Shown here: piece by piece, positions 20,021 to 30,827 of the stretch
How the letters are laid out: every line of letters begins with the position of its first letter
Position numbering within the stretch: the first letter of the stretch is position 1
Source of the DNA: a virus
Taxonomy: Duplodnaviria > Caudoviricetes
Strand: one strand, 5' to 3'
IMG/VR virus record: IMGVR_UViG_3300029705_000009
DNA length: 64,000 nucleotides
The notes under the pieces: generated by a model
The model's database searches: none
Seen by the model: the letters and a program-made list of their open reading frames with translations, nothing else
What the model was told of the DNA's origin: nothing
Made by a program: the position numbers and the translations under genes

Positions 20021-20341
20021 ATGTATTACAAGGTAATAAAAGATAACAGAGTAATTGACGTGCTTGATCAACTCACTTATTTGAAATGGCAAGAAAAACA
20101 CCAGATTATGGTCTTGTGTGATGAAAACGAAGCACAGGCTATTTTATCATCTGGAAAAGAAAGTATTTGGCATGAGAAGACATTGTATAAAGTGCCTGTT
20201 GATGAGCCTAAGTTTGAAACTGTTGAGTTAATTGAAATCGATAAATTTGAGTATGAACAGTTAAAAATGCTTAACGGCAAAACCCCAGAAGAAATTATTG
20301 ATGCGTTTATGATTTCTTTATTAAAAGAAAATATTATATAG
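20021..20341 (+). CDS. Tail-fibre accessory/chaperone-like protein
   Basis: GAGGTG RBS; position directly after the giant adhesin. Confidence 0.55.
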   Translation: MYYKVIKDNRVIDVLDQLTYLKWQEKHQIMVLCDENEAQAILSSGKESIWHEKTLYKVPVDEPKFETVELIEIDKFEYEQLKMLNGKTPEEIIDAFMISLLKENII

Positions 20342-20349
20342 AGGCCAAA

Positions 20350-20523
20350 ATGAATAACAGGAAAATATATTGTTGCTATTCTGTTCCGTTGATGAAGTTT
20401 TTAACGGAAGAGAATCATATACCCTATGATGTCGTTGGACTTAATCCAAACAGCCATAAGACATTCTGGGGATTTATTAAAACAACTGAATTAGAAGAAG
20501 CATTAAAGAGATGGAAAAAATAA
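20350..20523 (+). CDS. Small 57-aa protein (DUF5659-like), not in the ORF track; paralog of 32945-33124
   Basis: MNNRKIYCCYSVPLMKFL...NPNSHKTFWGFIKTTELEEALKRWKK, translated by hand. Confidence 0.75.
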   Translation: MNNRKIYCCYSVPLMKFLTEENHIPYDVVGLNPNSHKTFWGFIKTTELEEALKRWKK

Positions 20524-20573
20524 TTCCATCTCTTTTTTGATGATTTTTTTGAATATTTTGAGGTAATAATACA

Positions 20574-21986
20574 ATGGATAAAATAGTAGATAAACATATA
20601 GACTTAAATCAATTTCCACAAGATAAACAAGGACATATTTCTTGGAAAAATAGTATAGGTGTAATCGCTGATTTTTATTATTATGGCGAAAAACACACAT
20701 TAAAAATACTCGACCATGGAAATCCTACGTATGAGTTTATAACAATTCAAGTTGATGATATGCCACCAGAAACAGTAAGATCAAAAAAGATAAAATATTT
20801 ACTTTTTGATAATTTGTTTTATAAACCTAATTATCTTTATAATGTTGGCGATGTTGTAAATGGTTCTATAATACTTGAACAGCTATATTTAAAAAGAACT
20901 GAAAATAGTACAAAAAAAGAAAAGTTTTATAGGTGTCAATGTTTAGCAGACGGATATGTATATATTGTGCATGAATACGAGCTAAAAAATGGAAGAATGT
21001 GTCCAAAATGTGTTGGAAGGGTTTTAATTGTTGGATATAACGATTTAGCAACAACAGATCCTGATATTATGAAATTTTTATTAGATAAAGAGGATGGGCA
21101 TAGATATACCAGAGGTTCACACAAATATATATGGGTTGTTTGTCCTATTTGTGGGTATGAAAAATTTATGATAGTTGAAGATCTTGTTCTCAATGGAGGT
21201 TTGTCATGTCCGAGATGTAGTGATGGTTTATCGTACCCAAATAAATTCGCATTTGATGTATTTATGCAAATTAGTGAACAATATCAAAAATATGTCACAG
21301 AGTATTCTCCTGATTGGATTAAACCAAAGAAATACGATCACTATATTTTATTTAAAAACGGTAAAGAAATTATTATTGAGATGGATGGCGGATTTCACAA
21401 TGAAAGACAAGGAAAATATGCCGCGAAATATGACAAATATAAAGACGATCTTGCAAAGGAACATGGAATAGATGTTATAAGGGTAGATTGTTCTTATAAC
21501 AAAATTACAAAAAGATTTGATTGTATAAAAACTGAATTTATTAAAAACCTAAATCAGCATTTTGATTTATCTAATATAGATTGGGAATCCGCTGATGAAG
21601 CTGGTATTTCTAACAGACTTGTGGAAGTAGTAAATTATTATAACGAACACCCATTTATGTCAAATCAACAAATCGCAGATTATTATCATGTTCATGTCGT
21701 CACCATACGCCATTATTTGACTGTTGGTGAAAAACTTGGACTGTGTACATATGTTAGGTGCGATCCAAATAGATGGAAAACTTCTATACCATTAGCACTT
21801 TATGATTCTAATATGAATATGATAGGGATATATGTATCTTCGAAGCATATGGCAGAATGTATGAAAGATAAAGATTTTCACGCAAGCTCTATTAAAGAAA
21901 GCTCAAGAATCGGCAAGCCATATAAAGGCTATATTATAAAGCGCATAACATGGGATGAATATGAAGATTTACAAAAGGTACTTTAA
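20574..21986 (+). CDS. Free-standing homing-endonuclease-like protein (zinc ribbons + Vsr/DUF559-like nuclease + HTH)
   Basis: CPKC, CPIC, CPRC; YDHY...IIIEMDGGFH...DKYKDDLAKEHGIDVIRVD. Confidence 0.75.
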   Translation: MDKIVDKHIDLNQFPQDKQGHISWKNSIGVIADFYYYGEKHTLKILDHGNPTYEFITIQVDDMPPETVRSKKIKYLLFDNLFYKPNYLYNVGDVVNGSIILEQLYLKRTENSTKKEKFYRCQCLADGYVYIVHEYELKNGRMCPKCVGRVLIVGYNDLATTDPDIMKFLLDKEDGHRYTRGSHKYIWVVCPICGYEKFMIVEDLVLNGGLSCPRCSDGLSYPNKFAFDVFMQISEQYQKYVTEYSPDWIKPKKYDHYILFKNGKEIIIEMDGGFHNERQGKYAAKYDKYKDDLAKEHGIDVIRVDCSYNKITKRFDCIKTEFIKNLNQHFDLSNIDWESADEAGISNRLVEVVNYYNEHPFMSNQQIADYYHVHVVTIRHYLTVGEKLGLCTYVRCDPNRWKTSIPLALYDSNMNMIGIYVSSKHMAECMKDKDFHASSIKESSRIGKPYKGYIIKRITWDEYEDLQKVL

Positions 21987-22003
21987 GATAAGGAGGCGGT
22001 CAT

Positions 22004-22156
22004 ATGAGGGTTTTTATAGAATCTTTAAAACGTTTGTATGAAAAACAAGAAGTTTCTGAAGAAAAATTATCAGAACTAGCTTCTAAAGGAATAATTGATG
22101 AAAAGGAAAAAGATTATATTTTAGGAAAGGAGGAAAACAGATGTACACCATATTAG
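22004..22156 (+). CDS. XkdX-like small tail protein (50 aa), not in the ORF track
   Basis: AAGGAGG RBS; FIESLKRLYE...KGIIDEKEKDYILG. Confidence 0.65.
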   Translation: MRVFIESLKRLYEKQEVSEEKLSELASKGIIDEKEKDYILGKEENRCTPY

Positions 22157-22833
22157 TTAAAAATGATGATACACTTATTGCTACCAATAAGCAGAACATT
22201 ATGCATCGTTCATCTTTAGTTAGACAGTTGCGTTTTCTGGTTGATCCAGTATATGCATCTAAAGGATTAAATATGGCAGATTATGTATGCGTATTGGAAT
22301 ACAGAACGCCTATTAGCAATAGATACACTCCTGTCGTTTTGACTCCTTCCGAAGAATTGTATAAAGAAAAACTGGAATATGTATTGAATATAGATACCAA
22401 GATTACTGGTGAAGTAGGTCTTGTAGAAATGCAGCTTAAATGGATGACTGTAGACATGTTGGCTAATGGTTCTTTTGAAGAGGCTGTTAGAATTACTGGC
22501 TCTACTACCATTGAAGTACTTCCTATCAATAAATGGAGTGACTACATTGCAAGCTCAGATTTAGATCCTATTGTGCAGATGGTATTAACCAATCAGGCTC
22601 AGGCTGAACAGCTTAAGTTATATGCAGACTATTTACACATGGCTAAGGCTGACAGTATTAAGTATGATAAGGAGACTAATGAGTTGTCTCTTATGGGTTC
22701 TGGTAACAAGCTTGATTCTGTAACTTTAGAGGAAAGTGATTGTGATTGCGAAGAGGGAATTCCTGCAGTTGATTTTGATGAAGGAATTGTACCAGTTAAA
22801 CCTGATGAGTTTGATAATGTTGTAGAGTTTTAA
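22141..22833 (+). CDS. BppU-like baseplate/fibre attachment protein
   Basis: AGGAGG RBS; LRFLVDP...KITGEVGLVEMQL. Confidence 0.55.
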   Translation: MYTILVKNDDTLIATNKQNIMHRSSLVRQLRFLVDPVYASKGLNMADYVCVLEYRTPISNRYTPVVLTPSEELYKEKLEYVLNIDTKITGEVGLVEMQLKWMTVDMLANGSFEEAVRITGSTTIEVLPINKWSDYIASSDLDPIVQMVLTNQAQAEQLKLYADYLHMAKADSIKYDKETNELSLMGSGNKLDSVTLEESDCDCEEGIPAVDFDEGIVPVKPDEFDNVVEF

Positions 22834-22857
22834 AATACATATACAGATGAGGTAATG

Positions 22858-22890
22858 GAGAACCGTTGAGTAATTGACGGTTCTTTTATT
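22858..22890 (+). terminator. Hairpin
   Basis: AGAACCGTT...GACGGTTCT-TTT. Confidence 0.55.
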
Positions 22891-22920
22891 ATACAAAAAT
22901 ACTATAAAGGAGGAAAACAA

Positions 22921-23847
22921 ATGGCTGATGAAATTTTAAGGTCACGTCATGCTTTTGGATCTAGTCAAAATCTTGAATCTGCAATATCCGCAGGCAAAAT
23001 CGACGCCTATGATATTTTGTTTCTCGATAGTGACACTGACCCCAAAATCGGATGGTTAGACAAGAATGGCGATTTAGTTTTAGTCAAAGATGAAAAAGCT
23101 GATTTAACAGAAGTTAAGGCTGGCATCGACAATCTTGAATCTGGTTTGTCTGATTTGGGAATCGCTGTTGACAAGAAAGCTAACGCTGACGAAGTTGATG
23201 CCAAGATTAATGAGTCTGTAACTGAAGCTGTAGATTCCGCAAATGCTTACACTGATGAAAAGCTTGAGGCCGCATTGGCTGAACATCTTGTCAAGAAGTA
23301 CGAGATTTCTAACACCCCTGAAGGCACTCTTGTAGATTACAGAGAGAGTGAAATCAGAGTTATGTGTCCAGAAGGCTCAGTATTTACTAAACAAAATGTT
23401 GGTTCTACTGGTAATGCAAATATGTATTACATGGCTTTTAAGGCTTATGCTCCCAAGGGTGCTGTAAGTTTTAAAGAAGGTGACAGAGGCGTTATCATTG
23501 ACGAAATGTTTACATTTGACAGTGAATTTGCTGGTACAGATGAGCATGGCAGAAATTATTCAGTGTGCTGGTTAGCACTTGCGTCTTGTGATGCTTCTGG
23601 TACATGGACTTATTTTGGCAAGAATTCCACAACTGAAAAATATATCGGTTGGGATTATGTTGTAGAGTGGTTCGATGCAGATGGTGTAATTATTGCATCT
23701 GATGGCATTAGAATTAATCTTTCTAACGAAGATTGCCACTTTGTCAATGAACCTTACTACATTGGTAAAATTATGAAAGAAGTTGACACAAAAATTGAAG
23801 AAAAGATTGCAGAAGTAGAAGCTGCATGGGAAATTGTTGAGTTTTAG
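22921..23847 (+). CDS. Virion structural/fibre-associated protein
   Basis: AAGGAGG RBS; ends IVEF like the preceding gene (VVEF). Confidence 0.5.
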   Translation: MADEILRSRHAFGSSQNLESAISAGKIDAYDILFLDSDTDPKIGWLDKNGDLVLVKDEKADLTEVKAGIDNLESGLSDLGIAVDKKANADEVDAKINESVTEAVDSANAYTDEKLEAALAEHLVKKYEISNTPEGTLVDYRESEIRVMCPEGSVFTKQNVGSTGNANMYYMAFKAYAPKGAVSFKEGDRGVIIDEMFTFDSEFAGTDEHGRNYSVCWLALASCDASGTWTYFGKNSTTEKYIGWDYVVEWFDADGVIIASDGIRINLSNEDCHFVNEPYYIGKIMKEVDTKIEEKIAEVEAAWEIVEF

Positions 23848-23872
23848 AATGTCCTAATGGTGGAGGTGCAAT

Positions 23873-24334
23873 ATGGCAGATATAAATATCCAATCTGTTC
23901 CAAAGCTAGTTGCAACTACATCCTCAAGAGTAAGATTGTTGCCGATTAAAGACGGACAACTTGTATTCATACAGGATTTGGGTCGTATTGCTTTTGACTT
24001 TAACGGCAAAAGAGTCTTTTATAATCAGATTGTACAATTGGACACAGAAGCTGAGAGATTAGCCTTAAACGAACCTCTTTCTGGTTATTATTTTATAATT
24101 GACGAGGCCACCCTCTGGTTTTATAACGATGGATGGATTCAAATTACCGAGAGACCAAAAGACATTATGTTTATCGGTACTGAATTACCGGCACTGGGGC
24201 AGAGAAATAAACTCTACGTGGATACTGATGATAGAGAGATTTCTGTATGGGATGAAGAAAATGGTGAATATATCACTGTTGCGAACTATACACGAGAAGC
24301 CACTGTAGCAGATATTGAGAGTTTATTTGATTAA
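23873..24334 (+). CDS. Fibre-associated protein
   Basis: LPIKDGQLVFIQD; ELPALG..NKLYVD; C-terminal ATVADIESLF. Confidence 0.55.
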   Translation: MADINIQSVPKLVATTSSRVRLLPIKDGQLVFIQDLGRIAFDFNGKRVFYNQIVQLDTEAERLALNEPLSGYYFIIDEATLWFYNDGWIQITERPKDIMFIGTELPALGQRNKLYVDTDDREISVWDEENGEYITVANYTREATVADIESLFD

Positions 24335-24421
24335 ACATAAATTTAAAAAACTAAATATTTTAACTTACTAACGACACCACTAATTAAGTGGTGATTTTTA
24401 ATTACAAAGGAGATTATTACT

Positions 24422-25930
24422 ATGGCAAACACAAAGAAATACGTTTCATTTGACAAATTAAGTCTGTATGATGAGAAGATTAAGAAAGTCATTACCGATG
24501 GCGACGCTGCCTCTCTTGCAAGCGCAAAAGAATATGCTAATTCCTTAGCTACAAATTACGATCCCGCTGGTTCTGCAGCTACCGTACAGGGCAATCTGGA
24601 TACTGAAATTGCTCGTGCAAAGGCTGCTGAAGAAGCTAATGCTGCTGCTGCTAAGCAGGCTCAGGACGAAGTAGACGCTCTGGAACTGGTTGTTAAAAAC
24701 ATTCAGGAAAATGCGTATGACGATACCGAGATTCGTGGTCTGATTTCTGGTCTGGATACCAAGAAAGCTGACAAGGATCAGGTTGCTCTTGACATCGCTG
24801 CTGCTGTTAAGGTAGAAGAAGATGCTAGAAAAGAAGCTGTTGCTGGTGTTCAGGGTGCGGTAGATGCTCTGTCTGGTACTCATGCAACTGATAAGGCTGC
24901 TCTTGAAGGCAAGATTACTGCTGAAGAAACTCGTGCTACTGAGGCAGAAGCTGGTCTGGCTTCCAGAATCAAGGCAATCGAAGATGACTACCTTGTAGAA
25001 GCAGACAAGACTGCACTTCAGGGTAAGATTGATGAGAAGGCTGCTCAGACTGCTCTGGATGCAGAAATCGAAAGAGCTACTGGCGTTGAAGAAGGTCTGC
25101 AGAATCAGATTAATCTGATCATGAACAATCCTGATACCAAGGATGTTATTGACTCTATCACTGAGTTCACTCAGTACATCGCAGACCATGGTGAAATCGC
25201 TGATGGTTTCCGTGCTGATATTGACAAGAACAAAGAAGACATCGCTGCTATGGATACTGCTTACAAGGCTGCTGATTCTGCTCTGTCTGGCAGAATTGAC
25301 ACTCTGGAAGCAATTGACCATGAAGCATACATTGCTGCTGATACTGCTCTGAAGAATGAGCTGAACGGTGAGATTGCTAAGAAAGCTGACTCTTCTGCTC
25401 TGACTTCTGCTGTTGAAGCTCTGGAACAGGCTGATGCTGGCCAGGTAGAGAGAATCGCTGCTCTGGAAGCTAAGTTCACTGGTGAAGGCAGTGTAGAAGA
25501 CCTGATCGAAGACGCTATGCAGGGAGCAATTGACACTGCAGCTGCTGATGCTACTTCTAAGGCTAACACTGCTGAGAGCAACGCAAAGTCTCATGCTGAT
25601 TCTCTGAACACAGCAATGAACACTCGTGTTGAAGCTCTGGAGGCAATTGATCACGAGCATGCTAACAAGGCAGAACTTGACCTGATTGTTTCTGGCGATA
25701 AGGCTAAGTGGGACGAGGCTTATGGCAAGATGCATGAACATGCTAATAAGTCTGTTATCGATGGCATTACTGCTGAGAAAGTTGCTGCTTGGGACGCTGC
25801 TGAGGGTAACGCTAAGACTTTTGCACAGGGTCTGAACGACGCTATGGATACCAGAGTTGCTACTCTTGAGACATGGCATGCAAATTTTGTTGAGTGTTCT
25901 CAGGAAGATATTAACAGCCTGTTCGCTTAA
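24422..25930 (+). CDS. Coiled-coil fibre protein with highly biased codon use
   Basis: Ala/Glu/Asp-rich heptads, DSITEF, HEHANK motifs, EDINSLF end. Confidence 0.7.
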   Translation: MANTKKYVSFDKLSLYDEKIKKVITDGDAASLASAKEYANSLATNYDPAGSAATVQGNLDTEIARAKAAEEANAAAAKQAQDEVDALELVVKNIQENAYDDTEIRGLISGLDTKKADKDQVALDIAAAVKVEEDARKEAVAGVQGAVDALSGTHATDKAALEGKITAEETRATEAEAGLASRIKAIEDDYLVEADKTALQGKIDEKAAQTALDAEIERATGVEEGLQNQINLIMNNPDTKDVIDSITEFTQYIADHGEIADGFRADIDKNKEDIAAMDTAYKAADSALSGRIDTLEAIDHEAYIAADTALKNELNGEIAKKADSSALTSAVEALEQADAGQVERIAALEAKFTGEGSVEDLIEDAMQGAIDTAAADATSKANTAESNAKSHADSLNTAMNTRVEALEAIDHEHANKAELDLIVSGDKAKWDEAYGKMHEHANKSVIDGITAEKVAAWDAAEGNAKTFAQGLNDAMDTRVATLETWHANFVECSQEDINSLFA

Positions 25931-25972
25931 TTTAAAGGTAATTTATAGCCTATAGAACAATAAAAACATATT

Positions 25973-26003
25973 GGGAGAGTCCTTAATTGGACTCTCCTAT
26001 TTT
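25973..26003 (+). terminator. Hairpin
   Basis: GGAGAGTCC-TTAATT-GGACTCTCC. Confidence 0.6.
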
Positions 26004-26084
26004 AAAATATATTTCTAATAATTGTGTGTAATGCGCAAACATACAATTATTAAAAATTTAATATTCAAAAACGAGGGATGTCCA

Positions 26085-26303
26085 ATGAACCAAGATTCAA
26101 TAAATGAAGACTCAATGGATGAAAAGGATGTACTAGATTTTTTAAAACACGCCCTTGGTTGCACTTATATATCAGACCTACGAACAGCACAATATAATGA
26201 GCGTGCAAAACTAATTTTAGACAGAATAGACATGAGATATTATTCTCTAAATTCAATCAGGCAAGCGATTGATTATCTTTATTCCAATGCGTGTTCTGAT
26301 TAA
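26085..26303 (+). CDS. Small hypothetical (moron-like) protein
   Basis: GAGGG RBS; LLDFLK..LGCTYISDLR-type motif; AT-rich flanks. Confidence 0.55.
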   Translation: MNQDSINEDSMDEKDVLDFLKHALGCTYISDLRTAQYNERAKLILDRIDMRYYSLNSIRQAIDYLYSNACSD

Positions 26304-26393
26304 AACAAACAATAAATTTAAACTGATTTAAAAATAAAACAAATGAAAAATTCTCTAAAAATTCTAAATTTTTAAATAGAAAGGAGAACAAAT

Positions 26394-27317
26394 ATGTCAA
26401 ACGAGACAAAAAAATTTGCTGGCTTGGAATCACTCCAAGCTTTTTTAGATGGATGTAAAACATTATTTGCATCTATCACGCACAAACATACAATGTCGGA
26501 TATTACTGACTATACAGTAGACGAAGCACTCTCCGACTCTTCTACCAACCCAGTACAGAATAAAGTAATTAACGAAGAGTTTGATGCGATTGCTGATGCT
26601 ATGGGCGCTCTTGAACTGGCGATTGACAGTAAAGCAAACAAAGAACATGTACATGACGCATATGAATCTAAGGATGATGCTCAATCAAAATATGATGAAT
26701 TATCAACTGAGAAGAAAGATAAAGATATAATTGTTACCTATGCAGACAGCACAAGAACAACTACAACCCATACAAGTCAAGAAATTTATGCGGCAATTAA
26801 TGAAGGAACTACTGTTTATTTTAATAATGGTGGCACTAATTTTCATTATTTGGAGGGAGCACCAAGTGTTGTTAATTTTTATAATTGCTTTTATAACAAT
26901 AATGTTATGCAAGCAGATGTATATGAGATTCGTGGAAATAAAATTACTAACACTCATTTCCAAAATAATATTATTAAACAGTCTGATATAGATACTTCTG
27001 TTAATAATCTGAAGAATGATTTGCTTAACGGTGCTGGTGATGCGTACGATACATTAAAAGAACTTGGTGATTTGATTGATGATAATCAAGACGCTATCGA
27101 AGCACTCGAAAAAGTAGCTGCTGGTAAGGCTGATAAAACACATAATCATGATGATAAATATGATGCAAAGGGCGCTTCCACTGGTGCATTAAATGCCGCA
27201 AAAGAATATGCAGATACATTGGTTTCATCAGTAGCATATATTGATTTAAATGATAATACCTCAGTTACATTAACAGTTGATTTAGATGAATTATCATCAT
27301 TAATTGGGGGTGTATAG
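26394..27317 (+). CDS. Tail fibre protein
   Basis: H.HT.SDI, STNPVQNKVI, GAGDAYDTLKEL, HNHDDKY fibre motifs. Confidence 0.75.
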   Translation: MSNETKKFAGLESLQAFLDGCKTLFASITHKHTMSDITDYTVDEALSDSSTNPVQNKVINEEFDAIADAMGALELAIDSKANKEHVHDAYESKDDAQSKYDELSTEKKDKDIIVTYADSTRTTTTHTSQEIYAAINEGTTVYFNNGGTNFHYLEGAPSVVNFYNCFYNNNVMQADVYEIRGNKITNTHFQNNIIKQSDIDTSVNNLKNDLLNGAGDAYDTLKELGDLIDDNQDAIEALEKVAAGKADKTHNHDDKYDAKGASTGALNAAKEYADTLVSSVAYIDLNDNTSVTLTVDLDELSSLIGGV

Positions 27318-27318
27318 T

Positions 27319-29400
27319 ATGGCTGATTGGAAAAAGATTGAAGCGCAAATCCATACACTTATTGACACATCTAATGCGGTAACTGGTGAAAACCATAACA
27401 ATCTTACTGATAGTGTGAATGAACTTGTTAGTGGTTATGGTCAAGGTTCTGGTTCTGGTAGCACTACTGTAAGATTACAAAATAAAACAGTAAGTCCTAC
27501 TATTTCGCAACAGACAGTAAAAGCCGATAGCGGATACACTGGATTAGGAACAGTAACTGTCGATGCTATGACTACAGCAACTCAAGCTACACCAAGTATT
27601 AGCGTAAACTCTAGTGGTTTAATAACTGCAAGTGCAACACAAAGCGAAGGTTATGTTAGTGCTGGTACAAAAAGTGGGACTAAACAATTAACAACTCAAG
27701 CCGCTAAAACTATTACTCCATCAACATCATCTCAAACTGCTGTTGCAAGTGGAGTTTATACAACTGGTGCGGTAACTGTAGCTGCTATTCCAAGTAGCTA
27801 TGTTCAGCCTAGTGGAACTTTAAATATTACTACAAATGGTACACATAATGTTAAAAATTATGAGTCCGCATATGTTAGCATATCAAGTTCTAATACTGGC
27901 GGAATTGATACATCAGACGCTAATGCAACTGCATCACATATCCTTTCACCTTATACTGCATATGTAAAAGGCGAAAAGGTTACTGGTAATATTGCTACTA
28001 AAACACAAAATGATTTAACAGCAAATGGAGCAACTATTACTGTTCCAAGTGGATATTACGCATCAAATGCTACTAAATCTGTGTCTACAGCAACGCAAGC
28101 TACTCCTAGTATTTCTGTAAGTAACAGTGGTTTAATTACTGCGTCATCTACTCAAACTGCTGGATATGTATCTGCTGGAACAAAATCAGCAACAAACCAA
28201 CTTACTACTCAAGCGGCTAAAACTATTACACCTAGTACAACAAGTCAGACAGCAGTTGCAAGTGGTGTATATACTACTGGAGCAGTCACAGTTGGAGCAA
28301 TCCCAAGTGATTATGTGAAGCCAAGTGGAACTATCAATATTACAACTAACGGAACATATGATATTAAAAATTATGCTTCTGCTATAATTAAGATTGAATC
28401 TGGAAGCGGAAGTGGTGGGAATACTGGCGGTGGAACTACTTATCCAGACGGATCTTTCATTCCAGTTAAATCTTTTACAGATGGAAAGCAATATGCATTA
28501 GTAGCTTTAATTGATGGTAATTATCGATATATTAATACTACTACTTACAACAACTACACTATGAACGCAACAGTTATTAATGTTGATGAAAACACTGGAA
28601 GTTATATTGTATTTGAATCGACTCCAGTTTTATTTACAGCTGTTGCAAGCGGTAACGGTTTCTTGTTAAAGAATGGAAACAGCTATTTACATGGTACTAC
28701 TTCAAGTGGTACTGCATTAAGAGTTGGTACAACACAAGCCGTATGGACAGTAGATGCTTCTGAAAATGGTGGATTCTCAAGTGGAAAATATCTTGAAAAA
28801 GAAGACCCAAATGCTGTTTGGTTATTTAACAACTCTGGTGGATATGATTGGAGTATTAAGTTCGAAACATCTGGTAGCTTCGGTTATGACAGAAATGGTC
28901 GTGACAATACATATTCAACTGGATTTACTCCATTTATTTTATGCGAACTTGCTGAAGGCGGAAGCGATGCCCCATCTGGCGATGGTGGTGGAAATGATAC
29001 ACCTTCTGGTGGAAGCGGAAATGGAATTGAACTTCCAGATACTATTGTAGCTGGTGACACTCCAGTATTATCATCTTCTACTCTTGCACATACTTGTAAT
29101 TCTACAACCGCAACAGCTACCGGCATTTCTATTACAGTACCAAAAGCTGGAACATATAGATTTAAATTTGGATGCGGTAGAACAAATACTTCTGGTACTT
29201 GGACAACACAGTTGTATAAAAATGGTACAGCTATTTCAAACGCTACTGCCACATGGAGTAGTTACCAAGGAACATGTAGTGCAGATGTTCAATGTGCTGC
29301 TAATGATAAAATTGAAATTTATGCACAATCAAGAAGCACATCATATCGTTCTATAATTACTCAATTGGTGGCTTGTATTGATTGGGATAATGGATTCTAA
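27319..29400 (+). CDS. Ser/Thr-rich fibre/adhesin with internal ~100-aa duplication
   Basis: TATQATPSISV...TTQAAKTITPST.SQTAVASGVYTTGAVTV...NITTNGT occurs twice. Confidence 0.75.
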   Translation: MADWKKIEAQIHTLIDTSNAVTGENHNNLTDSVNELVSGYGQGSGSGSTTVRLQNKTVSPTISQQTVKADSGYTGLGTVTVDAMTTATQATPSISVNSSGLITASATQSEGYVSAGTKSGTKQLTTQAAKTITPSTSSQTAVASGVYTTGAVTVAAIPSSYVQPSGTLNITTNGTHNVKNYESAYVSISSSNTGGIDTSDANATASHILSPYTAYVKGEKVTGNIATKTQNDLTANGATITVPSGYYASNATKSVSTATQATPSISVSNSGLITASSTQTAGYVSAGTKSATNQLTTQAAKTITPSTTSQTAVASGVYTTGAVTVGAIPSDYVKPSGTINITTNGTYDIKNYASAIIKIESGSGSGGNTGGGTTYPDGSFIPVKSFTDGKQYALVALIDGNYRYINTTTYNNYTMNATVINVDENTGSYIVFESTPVLFTAVASGNGFLLKNGNSYLHGTTSSGTALRVGTTQAVWTVDASENGGFSSGKYLEKEDPNAVWLFNNSGGYDWSIKFETSGSFGYDRNGRDNTYSTGFTPFILCELAEGGSDAPSGDGGGNDTPSGGSGNGIELPDTIVAGDTPVLSSSTLAHTCNSTTATATGISITVPKAGTYRFKFGCGRTNTSGTWTTQLYKNGTAISNATATWSSYQGTCSADVQCAANDKIEIYAQSRSTSYRSIITQLVACIDWDNGF

Positions 29401-29501
29401 AATATAAAACAAACTAAATAAAAATGATTATTTTATTAAATAAATTTTTTTATGAGCGCTAGATTTCTAGTGCTCTTTTACTAATGAAAGGAGGAGTTTT
29501 T

Positions 29502-30827
29502 ATGTCTTCAACAGTAAATGCTGGTTGGTTAAAAGATAATAATGGAGATAAATTTGCTCCTAAAACAATAGCTTCTCAAGTTGTTACAAATGATGGCATC
29601 TCTATTGAAACTGTAATTAATGATAAAGCACCTTTATCACACGGTAATCACGTACCCACAACAGAGACAGCAAATAACGCTAAATTCTTGAGAAATGATA
29701 ATACATGGCAAACAGTAACGCCATCTAATATTGGAGCAGTTTCACAAAGCACGTTCGATTCGCACGATAGTAATACAACAAAACATATTACAAGTACCGA
29801 GAGAACAAATTGGGGAACTGCTTATACTCATTCACAGTCTACTCATGCTCCAACTAACGCACAAGCAAACGTGATTGAAAGTATTAAAGTTAATGGAACA
29901 ACTCAGACTATCTCAAGTAAGTCTGTAAATATTACAGTTCCTACAAAGGCTTCTGATATTGGAGCAGCCGAAAGTTCTCACGGAACACACGTATCCTACT
30001 CTTCCACTGCCCCGGTAATGGATGGTACCGCAAGTGTAGGTTCTGCTTCTACAGTGGCACGTTCTGATCATAAACATCCTACTGATACAAGCAGAGCGTC
30101 TAAGACAGAATTTGATACACATGATAGTAACACAACAAAACACATCACATCTACAGAGAGAACCAACTGGGGTGCTGCTTATACACATTCTACTTCTGCT
30201 CATGCACCTAGCAATGCACAGGCAAACCAGAACGCATTTAGTAATATTGCTGTAAGTGGACAAACTACTGTTGCTGCGGATACCACAACTGATACTGTAA
30301 CATTTGCCGGAAGCAATGTTAGCATTACAACAAATGCAAATACAGATACAGTGACCTTCTCTGTAGCAGATGGTAGTACAAGTGCAAAAGGTTTACTTCA
30401 ATTAACTAATAGTACATCAAGCACATCTACAACAACAGCTGCGACTCCTAGTAGCGTTAAGTCTGCATATGATTTAGCTAATACAGCTAGTACGAATGCG
30501 TCTAGTGCACAAACCAGAGCAGACGCTGCTTATACTTTAGCAGAAGGAAAAGTCGATAGTTTATCAGACTTGGGCATTACCGCAACAGCTACTGAACTTA
30601 ACTATGTGGACGGAGTAACTTCTGCAATTCAAACACAATTAAATGCAAAAGTACCTACTAGTAGAACAGTCAATGGAAAAGCATTATCATCTAATATTAC
30701 ATTATCTGCATCTGATGTGAGTGCTTATAGCAAAACAGAAATTGACAATATGGTATTTATTACAGTGGATGATATTGACACCATCTGCGGTACAAATATT
30801 CAAATGGCAAGTGAGGTGATGTTCTAA
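29502..30827 (+). CDS. Tail fibre protein with duplicated HDSNTTKHITSTERTNWG unit
   Basis: FLRNDNTW, ARSDH.HP, KG..QLT.STSSTS...AATPSSVKSAYD, VPTSRTVNGKALS. Confidence 0.78.
   Translation: MSSTVNAGWLKDNNGDKFAPKTIASQVVTNDGISIETVINDKAPLSHGNHVPTTETANNAKFLRNDNTWQTVTPSNIGAVSQSTFDSHDSNTTKHITSTERTNWGTAYTHSQSTHAPTNAQANVIESIKVNGTTQTISSKSVNITVPTKASDIGAAESSHGTHVSYSSTAPVMDGTASVGSASTVARSDHKHPTDTSRASKTEFDTHDSNTTKHITSTERTNWGAAYTHSTSAHAPSNAQANQNAFSNIAVSGQTTVAADTTTDTVTFAGSNVSITTNANTDTVTFSVADGSTSAKGLLQLTNSTSSTSTTTAATPSSVKSAYDLANTASTNASSAQTRADAAYTLAEGKVDSLSDLGITATATELNYVDGVTSAIQTQLNAKVPTSRTVNGKALSSNITLSASDVSAYSKTEIDNMVFITVDDIDTICGTNIQMASEVMF

Noticed and set aside
24545-25879. 444-aa minus-strand ORF
   Set aside because: Antisense shadow caused by codon bias of the fibre gene; no RBS or motifs
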